36,000 bases of DNA, from positions 1 to 36,000 of IMG/VR virus record IMGVR_UViG_2534681759_000010; one strand, given 5' to 3'. Both the position numbers and the translations under genes were made by a program. This DNA is from a virus (lineage: Duplodnaviria > Heunggongvirae > Uroviricota > Caudoviricetes). Positions 1 through 7,524 of this stretch are shown here, one piece after another (positions within the stretch are counted from its first letter, which is position 1; every line of letters begins with the position of its first letter). Under the pieces are notes generated by a model. The model was not told the DNA's origin. It made no database searches and saw only the letters and a list, made by a program, of their open reading frames with translations.

Positions 1-351
1 ATGCGAGAGACAGTCGAAATTATGCGTTATCCCGTCACTCTTACACCCGCGCCGGAAGGCGGTTATATGGTTTCTTTTGTGGATATCCCTGAAGCGTTGA
101 CGCAGGGCGAAACTGTCGCTGAAGCGATGGAAGCGGCAAAAGATGCTTTACTGACCGCATTTGATTTTTATTTTGAAGATAACGAGCTAATCCCGTTACC
201 TTCGCCATTAAATAGTCATGATCACTTTATTGAAGTACCTTTGAGCGTCGCCTCTAAGGTATTGCTGTTAAATGCTTTTTTACAGTCAGAAATCACTCAG
301 CAAGAGTTAGCCAGGCGAATTGGCAAACCTAAATGTTGTAAACCCCAATAA
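1..351 (+). CDS. hicB: HicB-family antitoxin, C-terminally truncated: HicA-neutralising N-terminal fold retained, DNA-binding tail replaced by CCKPQ-stop
   Basis: Translation MRYPVTLTPAPEGGYMVSFVDIPEALTQGETVAEAMEAAKDALLTAFDFYFEDNELIP...QQELARRIGKPK matches my recollection of enterobacterial HicB over about 105 residues, then diverges at about nt 336. Not verified by search. Confidence 0.6.
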   Translation: MRETVEIMRYPVTLTPAPEGGYMVSFVDIPEALTQGETVAEAMEAAKDALLTAFDFYFEDNELIPLPSPLNSHDHFIEVPLSVASKVLLLNAFLQSEITQQELARRIGKPKCCKPQ

Positions 352-364
352 CTAAAATTTTTGC

Positions 365-396
365 AATAAAAAAGCCCCATCACAAGGACAGGGCTA
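365..396 (-). terminator. Weak rho-independent terminator for the minus-strand gene 415..720
   Basis: AGCCC...GGGCT stem with a large loop; the A-run on the + strand gives a U-run after the hairpin on the minus-strand transcript. Confidence 0.35.
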
Positions 397-414
397 TAGA
401 ATCAATCACTTACA

Positions 415-720
415 TCACTTAATGTCTTTCATTCTACGGATACGCGCGCTTGCTTCCGGTAGTTCATCCAGTGTTACGTGATAAGCAAGCATACAGACAG
501 GAGTCGGATCAAATCCCTCATGAGTATTGATCAGATGGCTATTCCCGCCTTTAAACTCATCCTGTCCATCCCATATAGCGTACACGTCATCTTCTGCTAC
601 ATAGATAATCAATCCAATAGGGGAGTTAGTAAGCTGGAAGATGCAGCCAGTAGAATCAATACGATGTTCCCGAACGTCATCAACAGTTTCAAAGTCAATC
701 TTAATATCTTTAGTCTTCAT
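415..720 (-). CDS. Hypothetical protein, 101 aa, immediately inside the candidate junction
   Basis: Intact ORF with a downstream hairpin plus U-run; no family recognised. Confidence 0.5.
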   Translation of the reverse strand: MKTKDIKIDFETVDDVREHRIDSTGCIFQLTNSPIGLIIYVAEDDVYAIWDGQDEFKGGNSHLINTHEGFDPTPVCMLAYHVTLDELPEASARIRRMKDIK

Positions 721-1019
721 GATTTGCCCTCGCGTGAAAAATATTTTCGATTATTTATAAAAAAGACTTGACAAAATCAAAAGGTACTGTTCCACGGGTG
801 AAATAAAGCGAGTTTTCGGCACCCCGGTTTTTGATGTGCGTGTGAGATTTCAAAACAGGTGCAGTGCAGCCCACCAGCGCGGTCGCTACGCGACTATTAA
901 CACCAGCCAATCCCTTTCCCTGCCTCGATCTTTCCCTTCGTTATAAAGCGTTTTAGGCGCTCTCCTGAATGCGCAGATCAGATAAATAATTTTACGCAAA
1001 TTTAATGGAGGATAACCGG

Positions 1020-1580
1020 ATGAAAGAAGAATTAACCCTTACAGAAATTTCCCGCTTATACGGCTATACAATCAACGCCGCTAAGAAATGGCAAGAACGA
1101 GGAATGCCATTTAATACCAATACACGACGCGTGCCAGCCAAAGAAGGAACAGAATGGGTCTTGAAGAACATCATTAATCCGCTCAAAGAAACTACTGTCA
1201 AAGAACAAATCGATGTAGAGAAATTACGCCGTGAGCGTGCTTTGGCAGATGCAGCCGAACGAGAGAACCAGGAAGCAATGAATCTCCTGATTCCCGTCGG
1301 TTATGTGGAGCAGGAGCTAGCGGAATACTGCGGGAAAGTGAAGCAGACTATTTTGCAGATCGCCACAATCGACGCTTTAGAAATTCTCGAATCTGCCACT
1401 GATCAGAAAACATTGAAGAATAAGCTAAGGGAGATCATCGAGCGTCGTTTAAATGAAGTAGGGGACTTGTTCGAAAATGCAGATTTGGGAGAAGACGAGG
1501 AAGAAGAATTACCATTAATGGATGAACCGGAAGAACAAGAACAAGAACCAGAAGAAGACGATGAATTTGATGTGTCTTAA
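1020..1580 (+). CDS. Terminase small subunit, lambda Nu1-like winged-HTH, with acidic C-terminal tail
   Basis: GGAGG 8 nt upstream of the internal ATG (ORF-track start 1005 + 15). LTLTEISRLYGYTINAAKKWQERGMP resembles Nu1 KKQLADIFGASIRTIQNWQEQGMPV; EKLRRERALADAAE resembles Nu1 ENEKLRREVEEL. Confidence 0.6.
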   Translation: MKEELTLTEISRLYGYTINAAKKWQERGMPFNTNTRRVPAKEGTEWVLKNIINPLKETTVKEQIDVEKLRRERALADAAERENQEAMNLLIPVGYVEQELAEYCGKVKQTILQIATIDALEILESATDQKTLKNKLREIIERRLNEVGDLFENADLGEDEEEELPLMDEPEEQEQEPEEDDEFDVS

Positions 1581-1674
1581 AACGCGTTATAAATAAATGT
1601 ATGAAGGGTGTTGAACGGGTCAACGCCTACGGGGGAGAACATCCCCCGCTTAACTTTTAAGAGGATATAAAACT

Positions 1675-1959
1675 ATGGCTACTTTTATTACCTATGCTGT
1701 CATCATTACTATTCTGGCTGCTATCTCTGCTTATAAACTCGGAACCGAACCGAAAGAACGAGGCGAATTATTCTTAGGTGCGTTTGTTGCATTTGCTAGC
1801 CTTGCGTTAATTGTCGAAGGAATTTCTTATATTGTTGGCCTAGTTAGTATGACACTTTTTAACTTCCATCCAACTATTGCTATGCATTTGATGCTGACCG
1901 TACTTTGGGTATATTGCTTAATCGAATTTTTAACGTTTGTTTTCAAACAGACTAAATAA
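1675..1959 (+). CDS. Small integral membrane protein, 94 aa, about 3 hydrophobic helices
   Basis: Strongly hydrophobic translation, followed by two hairpin terminators. Confidence 0.55.
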   Translation: MATFITYAVIITILAAISAYKLGTEPKERGELFLGAFVAFASLALIVEGISYIVGLVSMTLFNFHPTIAMHLMLTVLWVYCLIEFLTFVFKQTK

Positions 1960-2118
1960 TATTGTAATCTGCCATTTCTCCTTATGTGGTTTTAACAGGG
2001 AATTTTCGAAAGAGAGTTCCCGATTAAAAGCCATAAAACACATTCAGTACCGTGTTTTCATAGTCAGTGATCTATACAACATAAAAACATAACAAGTATA
2101 GATTGAGTATTAATCCTC

Positions 2119-2145
2119 CCGCCCCGAAGGGGGCGGTTATTTTTC
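2119..2145 (+). terminator. Rho-independent terminator
   Basis: CCGCCCC-GAAG-GGGGCGG hairpin followed by TTATTTTTC. Confidence 0.6.
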
Positions 2146-2221
2146 TGGCTTTACTAGATAATGTAGCATTATATTCATTATAACCTCATCTTTGTTGTGC
2201 AAACCTAACCTAAACTTACTA

Positions 2222-2247
2222 GGGACTCTTCGGAGTCCCTTTTTTTA
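2222..2247. terminator. Rho-independent terminator, possibly bidirectional
   Basis: GGGACTC-TTCG-GAGTCCC hairpin followed by TTTTTTT; abuts the stop codon of minus-strand gene 2245..3186. Confidence 0.5.
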
Positions 2248-3186
2248 TTGGCAGTAAGAAAAGTTAGTACCGTACATTTCATCATGAAGCATTGCAGCAT
2301 TGCGTTTCTGTTCTTCTTCCTCATCTTCTACATCACTAGAAAAATGAGATTTGCCCTTAAAAGAACGAAGTAATTGCAGTGCAGCCATCGGATCACGCAT
2401 CACATCGATTTTCACTTCTACTTCATCATTTGCGGCCTCATCAGCCGCGTTTTCAACTACTGCCACCGGAGCAACTTCTTTAGCTTTCAGTTCTTCAATC
2501 TCAGCTTTCTGTGCTTCGATAATCTGGTCTTTTTCTTCCAATGCAGCTTTCAGTTCTGCGATCTGTGCTTCCAGTGCAGCAAAGCGATCTTCAACAACCG
2601 GAGAAACAGCATTCACCTGTGCTTCCAGTTCCAGAAATGCTTCGCAAGATTCAATACGTTCTTTCTCTTCACCTTCATAAGCAACCAGTTCTACAACTTC
2701 TTTTTCGGTAGCGTGGCTGTTAAAGAAAACAGCAAAGTAAGGATTGCCGGATTTAGTGAAGTTCAGTTTAGCTTTTCCGGTAACTTCTTTACGACGACCG
2801 AAGGTGATCTGGCAATCAGCGGTATCCTGAAAATCCATGTTAGGAGCGGAAACGATAGCAGTATCACCAGCAATAACCAGGTGGAACAGTTCAGAAGAGT
2901 TCTTAACGGTAAAAGTAACGATGTGGTCTACTGCAACGTCTTTAGCAGGTTTAACGCGGTCGATTGCTTTACGAATGCCGTTAGGCAGTTTACCGTCAAC
3001 ACCAAAGCCAGCCGCGATCAGTGCTTCACGATGTGCTTTAAAGCCAGCGAAAGCGGATTTCTGCTGCGCAAAGGAAACATGAGCAACAACTTTCGGCTGA
3101 ATCTTCTTGTTTGCTTCGGTGCCAAATTTGATAACTGCTTTAGCGTTGGTTACTTCGTTAGTGAAAAAGTTAGCGGAAAATAACAT
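2245..3186 (-). CDS. Hypothetical protein, 313 aa, with central coiled coil (AALEAQIAELKAALEEKDQIIEAQKAEIEELKAKE) and acidic C-terminus
   Basis: Long intact ORF; the + strand ORFs across it are low-complexity shadows. No family assigned. Confidence 0.55.
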   Translation of the reverse strand: MLFSANFFTNEVTNAKAVIKFGTEANKKIQPKVVAHVSFAQQKSAFAGFKAHREALIAAGFGVDGKLPNGIRKAIDRVKPAKDVAVDHIVTFTVKNSSELFHLVIAGDTAIVSAPNMDFQDTADCQITFGRRKEVTGKAKLNFTKSGNPYFAVFFNSHATEKEVVELVAYEGEEKERIESCEAFLELEAQVNAVSPVVEDRFAALEAQIAELKAALEEKDQIIEAQKAEIEELKAKEVAPVAVVENAADEAANDEVEVKIDVMRDPMAALQLLRSFKGKSHFSSDVEDEEEEQKRNAAMLHDEMYGTNFSYCQ

Positions 3187-3300
3187 TATAAATACTCCTG
3201 TGGAAAGTTAGTTTTAATTGTTCATTTCAAGCCTCCCTTGTTGCAGCAAAGGAGGCTTTTTCTTTTTTAAAGCCATCATATAATTCTCAGTCAAAGTTGA

Positions 3301-3483
3301 TTACCAAACGGTAGCTTCAATCTTCACTTTAATGTCATATCGTTTTAGCAGTTTATGAAAGGTTGATTTATCGATGCCCTCATTTTTAAACCACTCTTCA
3401 ATTCTCACACCCGGCGTTAACTCAAAGTAGCGTTTAGCCATTTCTAAGATGATTTCGCGAGTGAACTTAACAGGTCGTGCCAT
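3301..3483 (-). CDS. Small HTH-type DNA-binding protein, 60 aa; regulator or excisionase/RDF-like candidate
   Basis: Compact basic ORF; co-oriented with 2245..3186 and downstream of the leftward promoter at about 3905-3933. Confidence 0.45.
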   Translation of the reverse strand: MARPVKFTREIILEMAKRYFELTPGVRIEEWFKNEGIDKSTFHKLLKRYDIKVKIEATVW

Positions 3484-3904
3484 CTCGAATCCTCCTACAA
3501 TGTGGATTAATGATTTCTTAAAAAAGAGCGTTAACCGCTCACTATTATTTATATGGGGATTGTATTTTATTTTTCAACCCCTCACATTTATCTCTTATAT
3601 ATGTATTTACAACAGAGATATGTTAAAATGTTATTCAGATGTTATCAGACGTGTTAAATGTGTTAAACCACAGCACGAATTGCTAAAGCGAAGAACACGA
3701 TTTAACCAAATTGATGTATATTCAATCAATTTAGAAAAAGGCATAGCACTTTTTGCTAAAGCGGTGAGCATTAATTGAGCTATGAATTGTAAAGATTTGT
3801 TACAAGATTTTCTCTCAGATCCAAATCTTCACAGGCATATAACAATTTAACACGGTGATAACAAACGGAAGGAAAATCGGTAAATTTTCACTTTCAATAC
3901 AAAT

Positions 3905-3933
3905 ATTATACCACATTTTTCTCCAATTGTCAA
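3905..3933 (-). promoter_or_regulatory. Leftward sigma70 promoter: TTGACA, 17-nt spacer, TATAAT on the minus strand
   Basis: + strand ATTATA near 3905-3910 and TTGTCAA near 3927-3933 are the reverse complements of TATAAT and TTGACAA with a 17-nt spacer. Confidence 0.45.
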
Positions 3934-4000
3934 GTGTAGCACCGATCCTACACAGTGTCAACAAAGGATTTTCAAACCTACACTAGCCCTACACTATGAA

Positions 4001-4195
4001 AATTGCCCCTGAATTTTTGCCCCTGAACCAAAATCCCCTAGATTCCACATCCAATTTTTGCCCCTGAAACCCACTATTTTTGCCCCTGAAATTCTGGGAA
4101 ACAGTGATTTTGCCCCTCATTTTTGCCCCTGAAATGCCAATAATTGCCCCTGAAAATCTAATTTTTGCCCCTGAAATTTGCCCCCCCGAAAAGGA
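4001..4195. repeat. Array of about 8-9 direct copies of (T)TTTGCCCCTGAA(A) with irregular spacing
   Basis: Copies read at approximately 4001, 4013, 4054, 4076, 4107 (degenerate), 4121, 4142, 4160 and 4176 (degenerate). The same core forms the palindromic stem of the terminator at about 6494-6522. Confidence 0.65.
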
Positions 4196-4352
4196 TTGGT
4201 GAGAAAAACTCTTTATAAAACATTAACTTAGTGAGGGGCAAAAGCGGGGGATCGGGCGTGCATAGATATTATATAACACATTCGCTACGCTCATGTGTAA
4301 AACCAAAAACAACAAATAACCAAAAAGATATTAGGAGGGCGTAGCCCGACTG

Positions 4353-4650
4353 CGCGAAGCGCCAACCAATTACTTCTAGTAACAACTAATTTAAACTAGA
4401 TGATCTTAGAAGGAATTAACTAGTTTGCTCGCTCGCTTCGCTCACTCCCAAACGTCTGCGACGCCACTGCGTGGCATCGAGAATCACTTTTGAAAGGATT
4501 TTCTTAGAAAGGGATTTAATACCAGATGATAACTGATTCTAGTAAACGAACGAAGTGAGTAACAATCACTTTCTAGAAAGGTATTGGTTATCCCTTCGGG
4601 ATTGCAACCTTCGGTTGCCAAATTGCTTCCTGATTATTATTATTTCTCCA
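4353..4650 (+). ncRNA. Candidate structured non-coding RNA or leader: two tandem UUCG-tetraloop hairpins, then a U-rich tract
   Basis: No ORF; repeated CTAGAAAGG-ATT motifs; ATCCC-TTCG-GGGAT and GCAAC-CTTCG-GTTGC hairpins near 4590-4620 followed by a T-rich run; bracketed by an 18/20 direct repeat. Strand and ends uncertain. Confidence 0.25.
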
Positions 4651-4824
4651 AAAGAAAGATTCTTATATTCTAAAGATACTTCTTCGTTTTGATGATGGTT
4701 TAATCAAATTATGAAGGAGGGCTTTGCCCGACTGAATACAATCACCTTTCATAATAACAAGAATTTTCTCTTTATAAATAATAGTGAACTTACTTGATTC
4801 ACTTTCTTTTAGAGGATTTCCACT

Positions 4825-5292
4825 ATGAACCATAAACTGACTACCACTACTCCTTTTATCCTTCTGGGTCTGGATGCAGATAGCTTTCACAATGACAAGT
4901 TAATGAAGATGTTCCGTGAACGTGGTTATAACATCCTTTACAATACCGATGAATCCCATTTCTCTAGTGCATGGTATGTTTTCGGAAGAAATAAACGTCC
5001 TACCATCGTTGTTAACTGCTTCACCGATGAAGACCGCCTGAAATACCAGAACATTCCAGCAATCATTGTTCGTGATGACCTGCCTTTCGAAGTCCGTGAT
5101 TATGACATTGATTTAGGTAGCTTCGTTACTGTCTATGAACTGGATGAAGCCATGTTTAACTACGGCAAAGAAACCGCTCAGGAAGCCCCAGAACACGATG
5201 AACAAGACGAAGATGACGACGACTACACACCAATCTGTTTCTCTTCTCACGGTGGCTTCTACGGTTACGATGAAGGCTTAGATATGCTGTAA
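4825..5292 (+). CDS. Hypothetical acidic protein, 155 aa (C-terminal DEQDEDDDDY)
   Basis: GAGGA RBS about 8 nt upstream; first rightward gene after the non-coding block. Confidence 0.55.
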   Translation: MNHKLTTTTPFILLGLDADSFHNDKLMKMFRERGYNILYNTDESHFSSAWYVFGRNKRPTIVVNCFTDEDRLKYQNIPAIIVRDDLPFEVRDYDIDLGSFVTVYELDEAMFNYGKETAQEAPEHDEQDEDDDDYTPICFSSHGGFYGYDEGLDML

Positions 5293-5314
5293 TTTAGGTC
5301 AACCCTTTGGCGTC

Positions 5315-5356
5315 TTGTCAAGGGGTATTGACAAAAATTTCTGACTTTTTTATGAT
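5315..5356 (+). promoter_or_regulatory. Rightward sigma70 promoter (TTGACA, 17-nt spacer, TATGAT) overlapped by a perfect palindrome TTGTCAA-ggggta-TTGACAA
   Basis: Read directly from sequence; a second TTGACA follows about 35 bp downstream. Confidence 0.5.
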
Positions 5357-5414
5357 TATCGCACTTGACAACTTTGAACCTATTTGACCTAGATTTGTAA
5401 AGAGGATGTTAATT

Positions 5415-5561
5415 ATGAACACTACTAAGAAAATTGATGGACGTAAAAACCCGAACCGCAAACCGTGGACCCCAAACCTGAATTTCTCAATGGTTGACTT
5501 CCATGAACGCCAGCGTCGCATTCAAGAAGAAATTGATCGCGCGATTGCTGAATCTAAATGA
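5415..5561 (+). CDS. Small basic protein, 48 aa (MNTTKKIDGRKNPNRKPWTPNLNFSMVDFHERQRRIQEEIDRAIAESK)
   Basis: Below the ORF-track size cut-off; GAGG RBS upstream; immediately downstream of the promoter. Confidence 0.35.
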   Translation: MNTTKKIDGRKNPNRKPWTPNLNFSMVDFHERQRRIQEEIDRAIAESK

Positions 5562-5662
5562 GATAAAAACTTCTTATAAATAAAATTGTTCCGCGCGCCG
5601 TTGGCGTGTGGACAGTTAAAACAGGAGAATCAATCACTAAACCGTTTAAGGGGAATTTAATT

Positions 5663-6487
5663 ATGAATACTGTTACTGCTATGAATACTGCTAAAACTGC
5701 TTCCGTGTCTCTGGTTGTTGATAACACCAAACCGCTGACCATGTCTTCTCGTCAGATCGCTGAATTTACCGATAAGAAGCACAGCAATGTAATGCGCGAT
5801 ATTCGCGAAATGTACGAATCTTTAGGTATTATCGATCAGCTCAAAACTGAATTTGTCGAGAGAATCAATAACTTAGGATATGCTGTTAAAGAACCAGTAT
5901 ATCACTTAGACGAAGAAATGACGCTGACTCTTGTCACTGGTTACGATGTTAAGCGTCGAATGGTTGTTATTCAGGAATGGAAGCGACTGAAAGAAGAAAA
6001 TGAAAAACTGCGTCAGGAACGTTTAGCTGCTAACCCGTATGCAGACTTTGAAGAAACAGACTGGATCGAACTGGCATTAAAGAAAACTCGCGAAAATAAA
6101 AAGCTGATTGAACTTCATGTTCGCAAATCCGTAGATAGCCATTCAATGACCCGTCTGTTAGGCGCTAAAAAGGGCGCTACGAAGGTTAAAGAAGCACTGA
6201 CGGCCTTGCGTACTGCTGGCTACATTGAGCGCGTCTACGATGAAAATAACAAGCCGTGTGGGTATGTTGCTAATGACTCTTCTCTGTCTTTCTGCCGCAT
6301 GAATGCTCACTACCAACTTGAGTTTACTGTTGATGTTCTTCCGGTGCTGGTTGAATTGGGCGTTTTGGAAGAAGAACAGAAAGCAACTCTTAAACTACCG
6401 CAGCCAAATAACACTATTCTGATTCAAAACAAAGCGGCTGAACGTCTCCGCCAGAATGTTGGATCACTGGAACACTTCGGACTGTAA
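5663..6487 (+). CDS. Rha-family phage regulatory protein
   Basis: N-terminal LTMSSRQIAEFTDKKHSNVMRDIREM fits the Rha signature; start taken at the internal ATG with an AGGGG RBS (track start 5606 + 57). Confidence 0.65.
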   Translation: MNTVTAMNTAKTASVSLVVDNTKPLTMSSRQIAEFTDKKHSNVMRDIREMYESLGIIDQLKTEFVERINNLGYAVKEPVYHLDEEMTLTLVTGYDVKRRMVVIQEWKRLKEENEKLRQERLAANPYADFEETDWIELALKKTRENKKLIELHVRKSVDSHSMTRLLGAKKGATKVKEALTALRTAGYIERVYDENNKPCGYVANDSSLSFCRMNAHYQLEFTVDVLPVLVELGVLEEEQKATLKLPQPNNTILIQNKAAERLRQNVGSLEHFGL

Positions 6488-6493
6488 TAATTT

Positions 6494-6522
6494 TTGCCCC
6501 TGAAATTCAGGGGCTTTTTTTG
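6494..6522 (+). terminator. Strong rho-independent terminator
   Basis: GCCCCTGA-AAT-TCAGGGGC hairpin followed by TTTTTTT. Confidence 0.7.
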
Positions 6523-6532
6523 TTTTCTATAG

Positions 6533-6566
6533 GTATAAAAAAAGGCCAACCCCGAAGGATTGGCCT
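6533..6566 (-). terminator. Terminator for minus-strand gene 6573..6803
   Basis: GGCCAA...TTGGCC hairpin with a CCCGAAGG centre; U-run on the minus strand. Confidence 0.45.
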
Positions 6567-6572
6567 AGAGAA

Positions 6573-6803
6573 TCAAATTCCTGTTGCTTCTACCATTTCA
6601 CCATCAACCTGAACAAAGAATTTCAAATCAACTTTATGGAGTGATTTGTAGAATTGAGCAATTGAAATACCATGTTCACTCAATACTTGTTCTTTTTCGG
6701 CTTTACCTTTCGGTGCTTGATAGTACGCTTTTACAATCGCTGCCAGTTGTTCACGATCAAAACGGCAAGGACGACCGCGAGTAGCTTTAGTAGTCATAGT
6801 CAT
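6573..6803 (-). CDS. Stand-alone Hin/resolvase-type HTH DNA-binding protein, 76 aa
   Basis: TRGRPCRFDREQLAAIVKAYYQ...HGISIAQFYKSL follows the GRP-x-HTH pattern of Hin-family C-terminal domains; no catalytic domain. Confidence 0.5.
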   Translation of the reverse strand: MTMTTKATRGRPCRFDREQLAAIVKAYYQAPKGKAEKEQVLSEHGISIAQFYKSLHKVDLKFFVQVDGEMVEATGI

Positions 6804-6831
6804 TTCTCCAAATTAAAGTGAATGTTCACCT

Positions 6832-7437
6832 TTATTTAGAGGACTTACATTTTATCGGAAAAAGTTCTCCATCGTCAATACTCATAAAGAACTCTGCCTT
6901 AATCCCGTACTTCTTCAACCGTGAATAGTATGTCCCCCGACTTATATCAACCTTGCGAAGCACTTCAAAGAACCCTTTAGGATCGTTGTAATAGTGGCTA
7001 TAACGCACGTTAGCGAGTTCAACGAATAGTTCCCTTGTATCACCATAGCCTTTCTTGAAAGCCTCGTTACGATAGCGTGTAATGGCATGATTCAATCTCT
7101 TCTGTTTCAACACTTCCCTGATCGGTGTCCACTGCAACCGATAGATAGGACCGTCATCAATGCGATAATAACGCTTGATATCAAAATCAAACCAATCTCG
7201 GACTCTCCGAAACTCTGTATGTGATGTGCGATGCTTCTTAAAGAAGTTATGGATATCTGTATACCCATGATCGCGATACAACTCGATTAAAATTTGCTTC
7301 GCTTCCTCACGACTAAAGCCGGATGTTGTGTAATCAGTCTTCTTGTGATGGTGCTTAACTGGCAAACGATATTCATGATCGGTACAACAAGACAAGGCTA
7401 ATTCTACTTCATCTCTTTGTTGCTGATTAATTAGCAT
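6832..7437 (-). CDS. Hypothetical basic protein, 201 aa, with C-terminal HTH ([15 protein letters not shown])
   Basis: Intact ORF co-oriented with 6573..6803; HTH-like C-terminus; N-terminal domain unassigned. Confidence 0.5.
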   Translation of the reverse strand: MLINQQQRDEVELALSCCTDHEYRLPVKHHHKKTDYTTSGFSREEAKQILIELYRDHGYTDIHNFFKKHRTSHTEFRRVRDWFDFDIKRYYRIDDGPIYRLQWTPIREVLKQKRLNHAITRYRNEAFKKGYGDTRELFVELANVRYSHYYNDPKGFFEVLRKVDISRGTYYSRLKKYGIKAEFFMSIDDGELFPIKCKSSK

Positions 7438-7524
7438 ACAACCCCCTTAAATCTTAATACCCGTATTTATCAAAATATCAACAATTTAATAAATACCTTC
7501 ATATTTCGTAATGAGGGTAATTAC

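Noticed and set aside
2351-3183. Plus-strand ORFs 2351..2680, 2374..3183 and 2837..3082
   Set aside because: Low-complexity Ser/Phe/Cys-rich translations lying entirely antisense to the intact 313-aa minus-strand gene 2245..3186; taken as shadow ORFs.
3449-3778. Plus-strand ORF 3449..3778
   Set aside because: Overlaps the start of the minus-strand HTH gene and runs into promoter/AT-rich DNA; no RBS and an implausible composition.
4001-4195. Possible CRISPR array (repeated GCCCCTGAA motif)
   Set aside because: Repeat unit about 13 nt with irregular spacers of 1-25 nt and no cas genes; inconsistent with CRISPR repeat-spacer geometry.
4663-4890. Minus-strand ORF 4663..4890
   Set aside because: Runs antisense across the start and RBS of the well-supported gene 4825..5292 and into the non-coding region.
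5318-5742. Minus-strand ORFs 5318..5521 and 5554..5742
   Set aside because: Antisense to the promoter region, the small + ORF and the Rha gene start; hydrophobic junk-like translations.
6584-6784. Plus-strand ORF 6584..6784
   Set aside because: Antisense shadow of the minus-strand HTH gene 6573..6803, whose translation has a recognisable GRP-HTH pattern.
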